Source: Patescibacteria group bacterium (GTDB lineage Bacteria > Patescibacteriota > Minisyncoccia > UBA6257 > GWB1-50-10). Taken from it: 64,000 bases of DNA. Both the position numbers and the translations under genes were made by a program. The stretch spans positions 83,116 to 147,115 of the forward strand of contig JBFLWN010000002.1 of assembly GCA_040757555.1 (NCBI GenBank). The letters run 5' to 3'. Below, piece after piece: positions 47,228 through 54,796 of the stretch; position 1 is the stretch's first letter; each line of letters starts with the position of its first letter. The notes below the pieces were generated by a model that saw only the letters and a list, made by a program, of their open reading frames with translations, searched no databases and was not told where the DNA came from.

Positions 47228-47665
47228 TAGCAAACTTTTTATTTCCATCATCACATCTTCCGGAATTGGATCTCGTTCTGAACTTTTCCCGGGATATCGC
47301 CAGGCCGTGATAATGCGAATTCTCTTTCCCGTATTTCCCAGAAATTTTTGGACATTATCAAGCGAACTCTCTTTCTTATTATTTTCTCCTTTATTTAAAA
47401 CTCGAAATTTAGAATTCGAAATTCCTTGTCGTTTATTAGCGACAAGGCTATACATCACCCATATTTCTTGATAATTTTTTGTTCCTGCGGGCTGCATCAC
47501 CGCAACCGTTTCATCCGCGACTCCCTCTTCAATACGCGTTGGAAAACGGATAATACGTTTTATTCTCCCCTCGGAGATTCCATAATACTGCATTTTCTCC
47601 CACGCATGCCCAGTCCATTCATATTTTGAATCGTTCTGTGGCTGCTTCATAGAAATAAAACTCAA
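47225..47665 (-). CDS. hypothetical protein (146 aa)
   Basis: ORF only; vague resemblance to small toxin-like DUF domains. Not assignable. Confidence 0.35.
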   Translation of the reverse strand: MSFISMKQPQNDSKYEWTGHAWEKMQYYGISEGRIKRIIRFPTRIEEGVADETVAVMQPAGTKNYQEIWVMYSLVANKRQGISNSKFRVLNKGENNKKESSLDNVQKFLGNTGKRIRIITAWRYPGKSSERDPIPEDVMMEIKSLL

Positions 47666-47668
47666 AAT

Positions 47669-48142
47669 TTAGAGATTTGAATTTTCCTGCCTCTTATATT
47701 TTCCCATAAGATCTGTTCGTGCAATCACATGACTTTCAATCGCTCGTTCCAATTCCGGTTTTTTTGTGTCAGGAGGAAGATCAAGTACAATATCGAGTGC
47801 ATACAATTTGAACATATAGTGATGCGCGTCTGCACCGTGCGGCGGACATGGACCCCCATATCGCGCACTCCCCCAACTGTTTATCCCGATCACCGCATCG
47901 AGAGGAAGTGAATCTTCCGAAATATATTGTGTCTTTGGATTAATATTCCACATCACCCAGTGATCCCACACCTTTCCGTTCGTTGCATCGGGATCGTCCA
48001 TAATAAGCACCAAACTTTTTGCTTCTTTGGGCACTCCCCTAATTTCCAAAAGCGGGTTTATATTTTCTCCATCGCACGTGTATCGCGTAGGAATCATTCC
48101 ATCCTCCTTAAATAATGAGCATTTGAGTATAAAATCTGCCAT
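47669..48142 (-). CDS. YbhB/YbcL-family PEBP (Raf kinase inhibitor-like) protein
   Basis: DPDAtnGkvWDHW and GPCPPHGadaHHYmF PEBP signature motifs. Confidence 0.8.
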   Translation of the reverse strand: MADFILKCSLFKEDGMIPTRYTCDGENINPLLEIRGVPKEAKSLVLIMDDPDATNGKVWDHWVMWNINPKTQYISEDSLPLDAVIGINSWGSARYGGPCPPHGADAHHYMFKLYALDIVLDLPPDTKKPELERAIESHVIARTDLMGKYKRQENSNL

Positions 48143-48229
48143 ATGTGATAAGTATACGGCATTTTACACGAAGTAGTAAGTATCGCTCCTCCTTTATGCA
48201 AAATATAGAATACGATATACTGGATGCAT

Positions 48230-49336
48230 ATGCCGATTGCAATATATCGAAAATATCGCCCCGCAACATTCAATGACCTCTTGGGACAGGAAATTATTGT
48301 CCGTATTTTAAAAGAAGCGGCAAAGCGGGATAAACTTTCACATGCATATCTTTTTGCGGGTCCGCGTGGCACGGGAAAAACAACGACCGCGCGTCTTATC
48401 GCAAAAATTGCAAACTGTGAGGCACGAATAAAAGATCCGGTATTTAAGAAAAAAGGAGAGCCGTGTAATGAATGTAAAACATGTAAAGAAATTGATGAAG
48501 GAAGAAATTTGGACACGATAGAAATCGACGGTGCATCAAACCGTGGAATCGATGAAATCAGAAACCTGAAAGAAGGAATTCGCGTCGGACCAAATATGGG
48601 GCGATACAAAGTGTTCATCATCGACGAAGCGCACATGCTTACGAAAGATGCATGGAATGCACTTTTGAAAACACTTGAAGAACCACCGGAATATATTGTG
48701 ATTGTGCTTGCGACTACCGAAGTGGATCGCGTACCCTCCACAATCAGCTCACGCACACAGCAATTTTTCTTTGAGCGAGTCACGGTAAAACAAATCATCG
48801 AAAAGCTCACAAAAATAATCAAAAATGAAAAAATAGAAATTTCTCCCGATGCGCTTGATCTTATTGCGACTTCAGCGGAAGGAAGTTTCCGCGATGCTGA
48901 ATCGCTTCTTGATCAACTCATCTCATTCGGAAAAGGAGAGATATCGCTTGAAGATGTAGAAAAAACAATCGGAAAAGTTGGATTTGGAAAACTTTCCGAG
49001 TTCGCGGAATTATTAATCAAAAAAAATCTTGATAAATCACTTGTCGCACTTTCGCATATCGAAAACGGCGGGTACAATCTTCCGCAATTCACAAAAGACC
49101 TTCTCCAATATCTTCGCCGTGTTGCAGTCTTGAAATTTGCGCCAAGCATGGCGGATCTTATGACGAAAGAACTTTCGGAAGATCATTTGAAAATACTTCT
49201 CGCACACTCAAAGCTCTTCACCGACGCGCATATCGGACTCATTCAATCGCTCATCACCGCCTATGGTCAGATGCGCTACAGCCAATTCCCTATCATCCCG
49301 CTTGAAATCGCAATCATCGAAGAATTGAAAAAATAA
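48230..49336 (+). CDS. dnaX: DNA polymerase III gamma/tau subunit, short form (about 368 aa)
   Basis: YRPATFNDLLGQE, Walker A GPRGTGKTT, zinc module CNECKTCKEI, sensor motifs. Stops after domain III with no tau C-terminal domains. Confidence 0.88.
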   Translation: MPIAIYRKYRPATFNDLLGQEIIVRILKEAAKRDKLSHAYLFAGPRGTGKTTTARLIAKIANCEARIKDPVFKKKGEPCNECKTCKEIDEGRNLDTIEIDGASNRGIDEIRNLKEGIRVGPNMGRYKVFIIDEAHMLTKDAWNALLKTLEEPPEYIVIVLATTEVDRVPSTISSRTQQFFFERVTVKQIIEKLTKIIKNEKIEISPDALDLIATSAEGSFRDAESLLDQLISFGKGEISLEDVEKTIGKVGFGKLSEFAELLIKKNLDKSLVALSHIENGGYNLPQFTKDLLQYLRRVAVLKFAPSMADLMTKELSEDHLKILLAHSKLFTDAHIGLIQSLITAYGQMRYSQFPIIPLEIAIIEELKK

Positions 49337-49361
49337 CGGAGAACTGGTAGGTTTTAATAGG

Positions 49362-49432
49362 TTAGTTTATTGGGGGATCGTCTAACGGTAGGACACCGCC
49401 CTTTGGAGGCGGGTATCGGGGTTCGAATCCCT
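49362..49432 (+). tRNA. tRNA-Gln (anticodon TTG)
   Basis: TGGGGGATCGTCTAACGGTAGGACACCGCCCTTTGGAGGCGGGTATCGGGGTTCGAATCCCTGTCCCCCAG. Anticodon stem CCGCC/GGCGG, loop CTTTGGA; close to canonical bacterial tRNA-Gln. Confidence 0.8.
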
Positions 49433-49477
49433 GTCCCCCAGCAAATATAAATTAGGCACATCTTTATGGTGTGCTTA

Positions 49478-49609
49478 ATTTATATCTCGTTGAAGGGATT
49501 CGAACGGAACTTTTGCGCATGCATTGCATGAAAAAGCAAAAGTCCGTGGCTTCGGAGGAATCCCGCCATCGGCGGGATGGAGGAGAAGGAATCCCTGTCC
49601 CCCAGCAAA
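49478..49609 (+). repeat. tRNA-Gln-linked repeat unit (same organisation as the Pro and Thr units)
   Basis: After an AT-rich hairpin (aaattaggcacatctttatggtgtgcttaattt) comes ttgaagggattcgaacgg (T-arm-derived, 49484-49501), then an internal hairpin aatcccgccatcggcgggat, then ggaatccctgtcccccagcaaa at 49588-49609, which copies the last 22 nt of tRNA-Gln plus trailer. Confidence 0.55.
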
Positions 49610-49610
49610 A

Positions 49611-49645
49611 AAAGAAAGCGACACAAAATGTCGCTTTCTTTATAT
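49611..49645 (+). terminator. Rho-independent terminator (gaaagcgacacaaaatgtcgctttc + T-run)
   Basis: Hairpin at 49614-49638 followed by tttatatttt. Confidence 0.6.
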
Positions 49646-49658
49646 TTTATTCAGTTAT

Positions 49659-50822
49659 CTATTTCCATTCCTTCACTACTTGCCATTTTATATTAAGTGC
49701 GGCACCAAGAGTTATCGCTACCGCAATAGATGTCACAATCCAACCCAGGAAAGGTATCGCACCAAGAAGTACATATACTATCGTGCCAAGTAATATGGTT
49801 TTCCAATTGATAATATAATCCGATTTTTTGAATATCCACTTGTACACGAGAGTGCCCATAACTATCGGAGTGATTATCGCCGCATAGATGCAAAGCATTA
49901 CAAAAGAAAGTAGTCCGAGTATACCGAGAGGAATTCCTATAACAGAAACAAGAAGAATAATCGAAAGCACCGGAAGCACAATGAAAGTAACCACACCACG
50001 CCCAAGTTCCTTGAGTGGGTTTGTAGTGGCTTTTTCCACGAGTTCCTTGCTGTACCGACGGAACATAAGTCCGACGATAAGAGCTGCAACCAATAACATT
50101 ACAAATTTTGCGAGAAGCATCAAAGTAAAGAACCCAAATATTCCCTTTCTTGTATCTTTCTTCATTCCCTCACTCCCTTTTAATTGGGTGAAAACAGTTT
50201 CTCCCCGTACCTTACCTCCCTCTTCTATAACGACGGGATTTGGTGATTCATATTTAAGATTACCTTTTATGTCCGCATCCGGTCCCAAAGTTAAATTTCC
50301 GGCTTTGATATCCACATTGCCTCCGATAGGCGCATTCACATAAACTTTTCCACCGGCAATTTTTACACTTCCCTTTACTTCGGAATCCATTCTCACGGTT
50401 CCACCTGCCATTACTGCATCTCCACCTATTAATTTACCCGACAGGATTAGTTGTCCTCCGCCCACAAGAACATCACCCACAACATCACCATTCACCGTGA
50501 TGTTTCCCCCACCCACGCGCATATCTCCAGAAACCTGACTCAAAATTGTTATATTACCGCCTACGACAAATAAATCGCCTGCAATCGGCCCCGATATGAG
50601 TGCTGTGCCACCGGCGACCAAAAGATCCTTATCTACGCTTCCCGCACTAATAACGGTTCCACCTGCCATATACAGATTCCCTTCTGTTTTTTCTCCAGAA
50701 GTGAATGCTGATTGCTGTCCCGCTCTGAATTCCGCGGCAGATACCAAAACGGGAAACACAAATACAAACAAAGCCAATACCACGAGCACCTTGTTAAAAT
50801 TTTTCATATACATATTATACAC
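49659..50822 (-). CDS. bactofilin-like beta-helical repeat protein with signal peptide and C-terminal multi-TM domain
   Basis: Signal peptide (KVLVVLALFVFVFPVLVSA). More than six GD..VxGG..xI/V repeats typical of polymer-forming bactofilin (PF04519-like). C-terminal about 150 aa with 4-5 TM helices. Confidence 0.5.
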   Translation of the reverse strand: MYNMYMKNFNKVLVVLALFVFVFPVLVSAAEFRAGQQSAFTSGEKTEGNLYMAGGTVISAGSVDKDLLVAGGTALISGPIAGDLFVVGGNITILSQVSGDMRVGGGNITVNGDVVGDVLVGGGQLILSGKLIGGDAVMAGGTVRMDSEVKGSVKIAGGKVYVNAPIGGNVDIKAGNLTLGPDADIKGNLKYESPNPVVIEEGGKVRGETVFTQLKGSEGMKKDTRKGIFGFFTLMLLAKFVMLLVAALIVGLMFRRYSKELVEKATTNPLKELGRGVVTFIVLPVLSIILLVSVIGIPLGILGLLSFVMLCIYAAIITPIVMGTLVYKWIFKKSDYIINWKTILLGTIVYVLLGAIPFLGWIVTSIAVAITLGAALNIKWQVVKEWK

Positions 50823-50850
50823 CCAGAAAACCTAAATCTCATATATTAAA

Positions 50851-50876
50851 AAACGACACAAAGTGTCGCTTTTTTA
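50851..50876. terminator. Bidirectional terminator (cgacacaaagtgtcg)
   Basis: Hairpin flanked by A6 and T6, immediately downstream of glutaredoxin (-). Confidence 0.6.
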
Positions 50877-50883
50877 TCCCCTT

Positions 50884-51123
50884 TTATTTCCCCAACAATT
50901 CTTCAAAGACATCGGGTCTGAATCCTATTATGATTTCCCCCTCAATATCGATTACGGGCACCCCCATCTGTCCGCTCTTTAAAATCATTTCCTGTGCCGC
51001 TGACCTGTCCTCTCCCACATTCTTATCTTCGAAAGAAATCCCCTTTTGTTTGAAATAATCCTTCGTATACACACAATACGGACATGTGGTGGTTGAATAC
51101 ACAATCACTTTTTTATTTTCCAT
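50884..51123 (-). CDS. glutaredoxin (CPYC active site)
   Basis: VIVYSTTTCPYCVYTKDYF...GVPVIDIEGEIIIGF. Paralog of the gene at 24727-24963. Confidence 0.8.
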   Translation of the reverse strand: MENKKVIVYSTTTCPYCVYTKDYFKQKGISFEDKNVGEDRSAAQEMILKSGQMGVPVIDIEGEIIIGFRPDVFEELLGK

Positions 51124-51146
51124 ATTTTTTAATTAATAACGACATT

Positions 51147-51419
51147 TTATTTATATTTGCAGATAAACTTTTTTAAATCCCTCACAAAGACCCCCTTGGG
51201 CAATGTATAGCAGATCTTTTTCCCTTCGCGCACCGGAACAACCAATTTCTCTCCCGACATAACCCGAAGATGGTGGGAGGTGATTGCAACACTCGCGTGA
51301 AGAGTTTTTGCCATATCCGACACACATACCTTCTTCCTTCTGAAGAGTACACATAAAATTCTAAGCCTACTTTCATCCCCAGCGGTACGCATTAATTGTG
51401 CCAACTCATTCAAATGCAT
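51147..51419 (-). CDS. ArsR/SmtB-family transcriptional regulator
   Basis: ESRLRILCVLF...VCVSDMAKTLHASVAITSHHLRVM is an HTH_5 pattern. Directly upstream of glutaredoxin. Confidence 0.7.
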   Translation of the reverse strand: MHLNELAQLMRTAGDESRLRILCVLFRRKKVCVSDMAKTLHASVAITSHHLRVMSGEKLVVPVREGKKICYTLPKGVFVRDLKKFICKYK

Positions 51420-51525
51420 ATTTGAATGCTATATTTTCTATTTATTTTGTCAATAGGATATGAAATAAAAAATACCACACGGTTGTATTACTTATGAAAG
51501 GTCGATTCGGTTCATACAATGGAAC

Positions 51526-51909
51526 ATGATTATTATGAACAAAACAAAAAAAACGGTATTGAGCCTTGGAATGATTGCATTAGTGATGGGCGTGACCATG
51601 ATTTTTGCTGAATCAGTAAGTGCATATCAAGGAGATCCAGCAACAAAAGGTCCCAACTATTCGACAGAACGTCACGCTGCGATGGAAAAAGCCTTTGAGA
51701 CGAATGATTACACCGCCTGGAAAAACCTTATGCAAAACAAAGGTAGAGTTACGCAAGTTATCAATAAAGACAATTTTGCAAAATTTGCCCAGGCGCATAC
51801 ATTAGTGGAAAAAGGCGATATGGTTGGAGCTCAAAAAATAAAACAAGAGCTCGGATTTGGATTGAGAAATGGTGGAGGAAAAGGAATGAGAGGTATGTCG
51901 CAAAAATAA
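51526..51909 (+). CDS. hypothetical secreted protein (127 aa)
   Basis: Signal peptide (TVLSLGMIALVMGVTMIFAESVSA) and a Gly-rich C-terminus. Confidence 0.45.
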   Translation: MIIMNKTKKTVLSLGMIALVMGVTMIFAESVSAYQGDPATKGPNYSTERHAAMEKAFETNDYTAWKNLMQNKGRVTQVINKDNFAKFAQAHTLVEKGDMVGAQKIKQELGFGLRNGGGKGMRGMSQK

Positions 51910-51920
51910 AACCAAATAAC

Positions 51921-51951
51921 AAAAAAGCGACACCTTGTGTCGCTTTTTTGT
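51921..51951. terminator. Bidirectional terminator (agcgacaccttgtgtcgct + T6)
   Basis: Near-identical hairpin family to those at 49614 and 50854. Confidence 0.65.
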
Positions 51952-52160
51952 TATTCCTCTTCAATCTCCCGTTTTATATCTTTAAACTCGTTTTCAACTT
52001 CTTTCAATCTCGTTTTGCTGAGCTTGATGAGTGCCGATGCCTGTTTCACTTTTTCGAGTGCCTCCTCAACATCCAATTCCTCTTGTGCATTAAACCACTC
52101 GAGAATCTTTTCTATCTCTTTTAATTGATCTTTAAATTGTTTTGATTCTTTCTTTACCAT
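51951..52160 (-). CDS. xseB: exodeoxyribonuclease VII small subunit
   Basis: 69 aa helical protein (QLKEIEKILEWFNAQEELDVEEALEKVKQASALIK) downstream of xseA. Confidence 0.8.
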   Translation of the reverse strand: MVKKESKQFKDQLKEIEKILEWFNAQEELDVEEALEKVKQASALIKLSKTRLKEVENEFKDIKREIEEE

Positions 52161-52162
52161 AA

Positions 52163-53296
52163 TTATATAGTAACACGATCGACCGTTGATTCGACACTTC
52201 CGTCGCTCAATTGCACATTCAACGAATCCCCTTTTTCCAAACCACGAGCATTTTTCACCACCTTCCCTTCTTTTCGCACTATTGAATATCCAAATTTCAA
52301 TTGGCGTGTCGGATCATTGAATTTTATCGTCTGCTCTGCAAACGCAATTTTTTGTTTTATTGTTTCTATCCGCTCTATCACATGATCAATAATTGAACTC
52401 CACGACAAATCCACATCCGCATAAATTCTTTTGATCTCCTGTGCAACGCGCGTGAGTATTTGTGACATCTGACCGATTTTTGCGTATGCCTCCTGCCACG
52501 AATAATTAATAAGATGTGTTGCGGCAGTGGGAGTCGAAACCATCACATCCGCGGCAAGCGCCACAAGCGGAACATCTTTATCGTGTCCAATCCCCGCAAT
52601 TACAGGAACCGGAAAGTTCACCACTTCCCGCACCAGTGCCTCATTATTAAATGCCTGAAGTGACTCCAACGACCCTCCTCCGCGGATAATCACCAACACC
52701 TCAATATCTTTTTTTTTCAACGTGTGTATCGCTTCAATGAGTGATTTCACCGCCTGCTGTCCCTCCACTCGTGAATCCACTAAATTTACTTGATATCCAA
52801 ATTTCCCCAAATTGTTTATAAAATCGTGAATCACGGCTCCTTCTCGAGATGTAATGACTCCAATTTTATGAATAAGCTCCGGCAATGGGCGTTTTCGCTC
52901 GGGAGCAAAAATTCCCTCCCCTTCCAATTTCTTTTTCAGCTCATCATATGCTTTTTTAAGTGCCCCTTCACCGCGAAGTTCAATTGTGTCCGCCACAAAA
53001 GAAAATCTCCCCGTTGGAGCGTATATTTGCGGATGACCCGTGAGTAACAATTCCATTCCTACCTCCATATTGATTCCACACCGCATATAATTCCCCTTCC
53101 ATATAACGGAACTCATCACCGCATCACTATTTTGATCTTTTAGCGAAAAATACACATGACCCGATACCGCTTTCTGCACCTGCGAGACTTCACCGATTAA
53201 TTTAATTTCCTCGCGTTTCAAAAACGTGTTCAGTATCTCAATGTATTCCGAAACAGTAAAAATTTTTTCTTTCTGATCTTCCATAGATATTTTCAT
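52163..53296 (-). CDS. xseA: exodeoxyribonuclease VII large subunit
   Basis: N-terminal OB fold (EVSQVQKAVSGHVYFSLKD) and a catalytic core (VITSREGAVIHDF, IIRGGGS). Confidence 0.88.
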   Translation of the reverse strand: MKISMEDQKEKIFTVSEYIEILNTFLKREEIKLIGEVSQVQKAVSGHVYFSLKDQNSDAVMSSVIWKGNYMRCGINMEVGMELLLTGHPQIYAPTGRFSFVADTIELRGEGALKKAYDELKKKLEGEGIFAPERKRPLPELIHKIGVITSREGAVIHDFINNLGKFGYQVNLVDSRVEGQQAVKSLIEAIHTLKKKDIEVLVIIRGGGSLESLQAFNNEALVREVVNFPVPVIAGIGHDKDVPLVALAADVMVSTPTAATHLINYSWQEAYAKIGQMSQILTRVAQEIKRIYADVDLSWSSIIDHVIERIETIKQKIAFAEQTIKFNDPTRQLKFGYSIVRKEGKVVKNARGLEKGDSLNVQLSDGSVESTVDRVTI

Positions 53297-53475
53297 TATA
53301 CCCGAAATCGAATTTCAACCTTATCTTTTTCCTCCACTTTATCACCAAGCACCGCACACCTCCCATTTATAAACACCCGTTTTTTCTTAATCAACTCATC
53401 AATCTCCCTTCGCGTGGAATTTTTCTCACGTGCCAAATATTTATTCACCCGCATTGGAAATATTGATTCCTCCAT
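53296..53475 (-). CDS. S4-domain RNA-binding small protein (58 aa)
   Basis: Hand-translated MEESIFPMRVNKYLAREKNSTRREIDELIKKKRVFINGRCAVLGDKVEEKDKVEIRFRV. Not in the ORF track (under 60 aa). Its stop overlaps the xseA ATG (TAATG). Confidence 0.55.
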   Translation of the reverse strand: MEESIFPMRVNKYLAREKNSTRREIDELIKKKRVFINGRCAVLGDKVEEKDKVEIRFRV

Positions 53476-53477
53476 AA

Positions 53478-54737
53478 TTATTTTTTATGTTCCGCCGATG
53501 CCGTTCCCGCGACAAATCCGGTAGTCCAGCAAATCTGAAGACTATATCCGCCTGACGGCCGATCAATATTCAATACATCGCCCACAACATACAAATTCGG
53601 AAAAAGCCGAGAACGCATTGTTTTAAAATCTACTTCATGAAGCGCGACTCCTCCACTCGTTACAATCGCTTTATCGACTCCAAGAAGCTTACTCACATGC
53701 ATCGGAATACCTTTCAATATCGTGACAAGTTTTAAACGCTCTTCCCGTGTGACGCTATTACACTGGACATCCGGATTAATGAGAGAAAGTTTCACAACAA
53801 GCGGAACCATCGCGGAAGGAATAAGATTCACGAGGGCATTTTGAAATTTTTTCTTATCATGTTCCCGAAATAAATCCTGAAGCTTTTTATTCAATGTCCC
53901 ATAATCTTCCTTTGGGAGTAGATCAAGTGAGAGCACCACATTCCCATATCTCAATAATTCTCCAACATCTTTACTCATGTTGAGCACCGTGGGGCCACTT
54001 ATCCCTACATGCGTAAAAAGAATTTTCCCTTTTGTCACATTTTGTTTTTTTTCATCAAGAAACACCGTGAGCTTAATATCGGAAAGACTCGTTCCTGAAA
54101 GTCGTTTCACCCACCTGTCTTTTATCGCAATCGGCACGAGTGAGGGGGTTGGGGTAATAATCGTATGCCCAATTTTCTTGAGCCACCTAAATCCATCTCC
54201 TGTTGAACCGGTTTCCGGATGCGATGTTCCCCCTGTTGCAATAACAACAGATTTTCCCCGTATAAGTTCTTTATTTTTTAGTGTTACCCCAATAATCTCA
54301 TTTCCCTTGCGCGTTATTTCAGCCACAGGCGAATTGGAAAATATAGTCACTTTATTTTTCTGCATATACTTCACAAGCACATTAAGTACGGACTCAGAAG
54401 AATTTGACATGGGAAATGTGCGCAAGCCCTCCTCCACTTTTGTTGCCATCCCCTTTGCATGAAAAAAATCTAATGTTTCTTTGACACTCCACTGAGAAAA
54501 AGCTGAGAAAAGAAATTTTCCATCACTTTTAAATTTTTCAAGAAGTTTGCGATTGTCGAATTCCGAATTGGTTAGATTACACCGCCCCCCGCCGGTAATC
54601 AGAAGTTTTTTGCCGAGTGTTTCATTTTTTTCAATCACCACCACTTTTGCTCCTTTTTCTGCAGCAACTCCAGCCGCCATCATACCTGCCGGCCCCCCTC
54701 CCACCACAATCACATCCCACAACTTTTTATCGTCCAT
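53478..54737 (-). CDS. HI0933/BaiN-family NAD(P)/FAD-dependent oxidoreductase
   Basis: DVIVVGGGPAGMMAA dinucleotide-binding motif and family-typical length (419 aa). Confidence 0.8.
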   Translation of the reverse strand: MDDKKLWDVIVVGGGPAGMMAAGVAAEKGAKVVVIEKNETLGKKLLITGGGRCNLTNSEFDNRKLLEKFKSDGKFLFSAFSQWSVKETLDFFHAKGMATKVEEGLRTFPMSNSSESVLNVLVKYMQKNKVTIFSNSPVAEITRKGNEIIGVTLKNKELIRGKSVVIATGGTSHPETGSTGDGFRWLKKIGHTIITPTPSLVPIAIKDRWVKRLSGTSLSDIKLTVFLDEKKQNVTKGKILFTHVGISGPTVLNMSKDVGELLRYGNVVLSLDLLPKEDYGTLNKKLQDLFREHDKKKFQNALVNLIPSAMVPLVVKLSLINPDVQCNSVTREERLKLVTILKGIPMHVSKLLGVDKAIVTSGGVALHEVDFKTMRSRLFPNLYVVGDVLNIDRPSGGYSLQICWTTGFVAGTASAEHKK

Positions 54738-54796
54738 TAGCGCTATCCTAACAGAAAAGCGAGGTTGATTCCATCAAACATTTATACAAGGTATTG

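Noticed and set aside
48094-48822. 242-aa minus-strand ORF inside dnaX
   Set aside because: Antisense shadow ORF with an implausible Ser/Phe/Ile-rich composition. dnaX on the plus strand has clear motifs.
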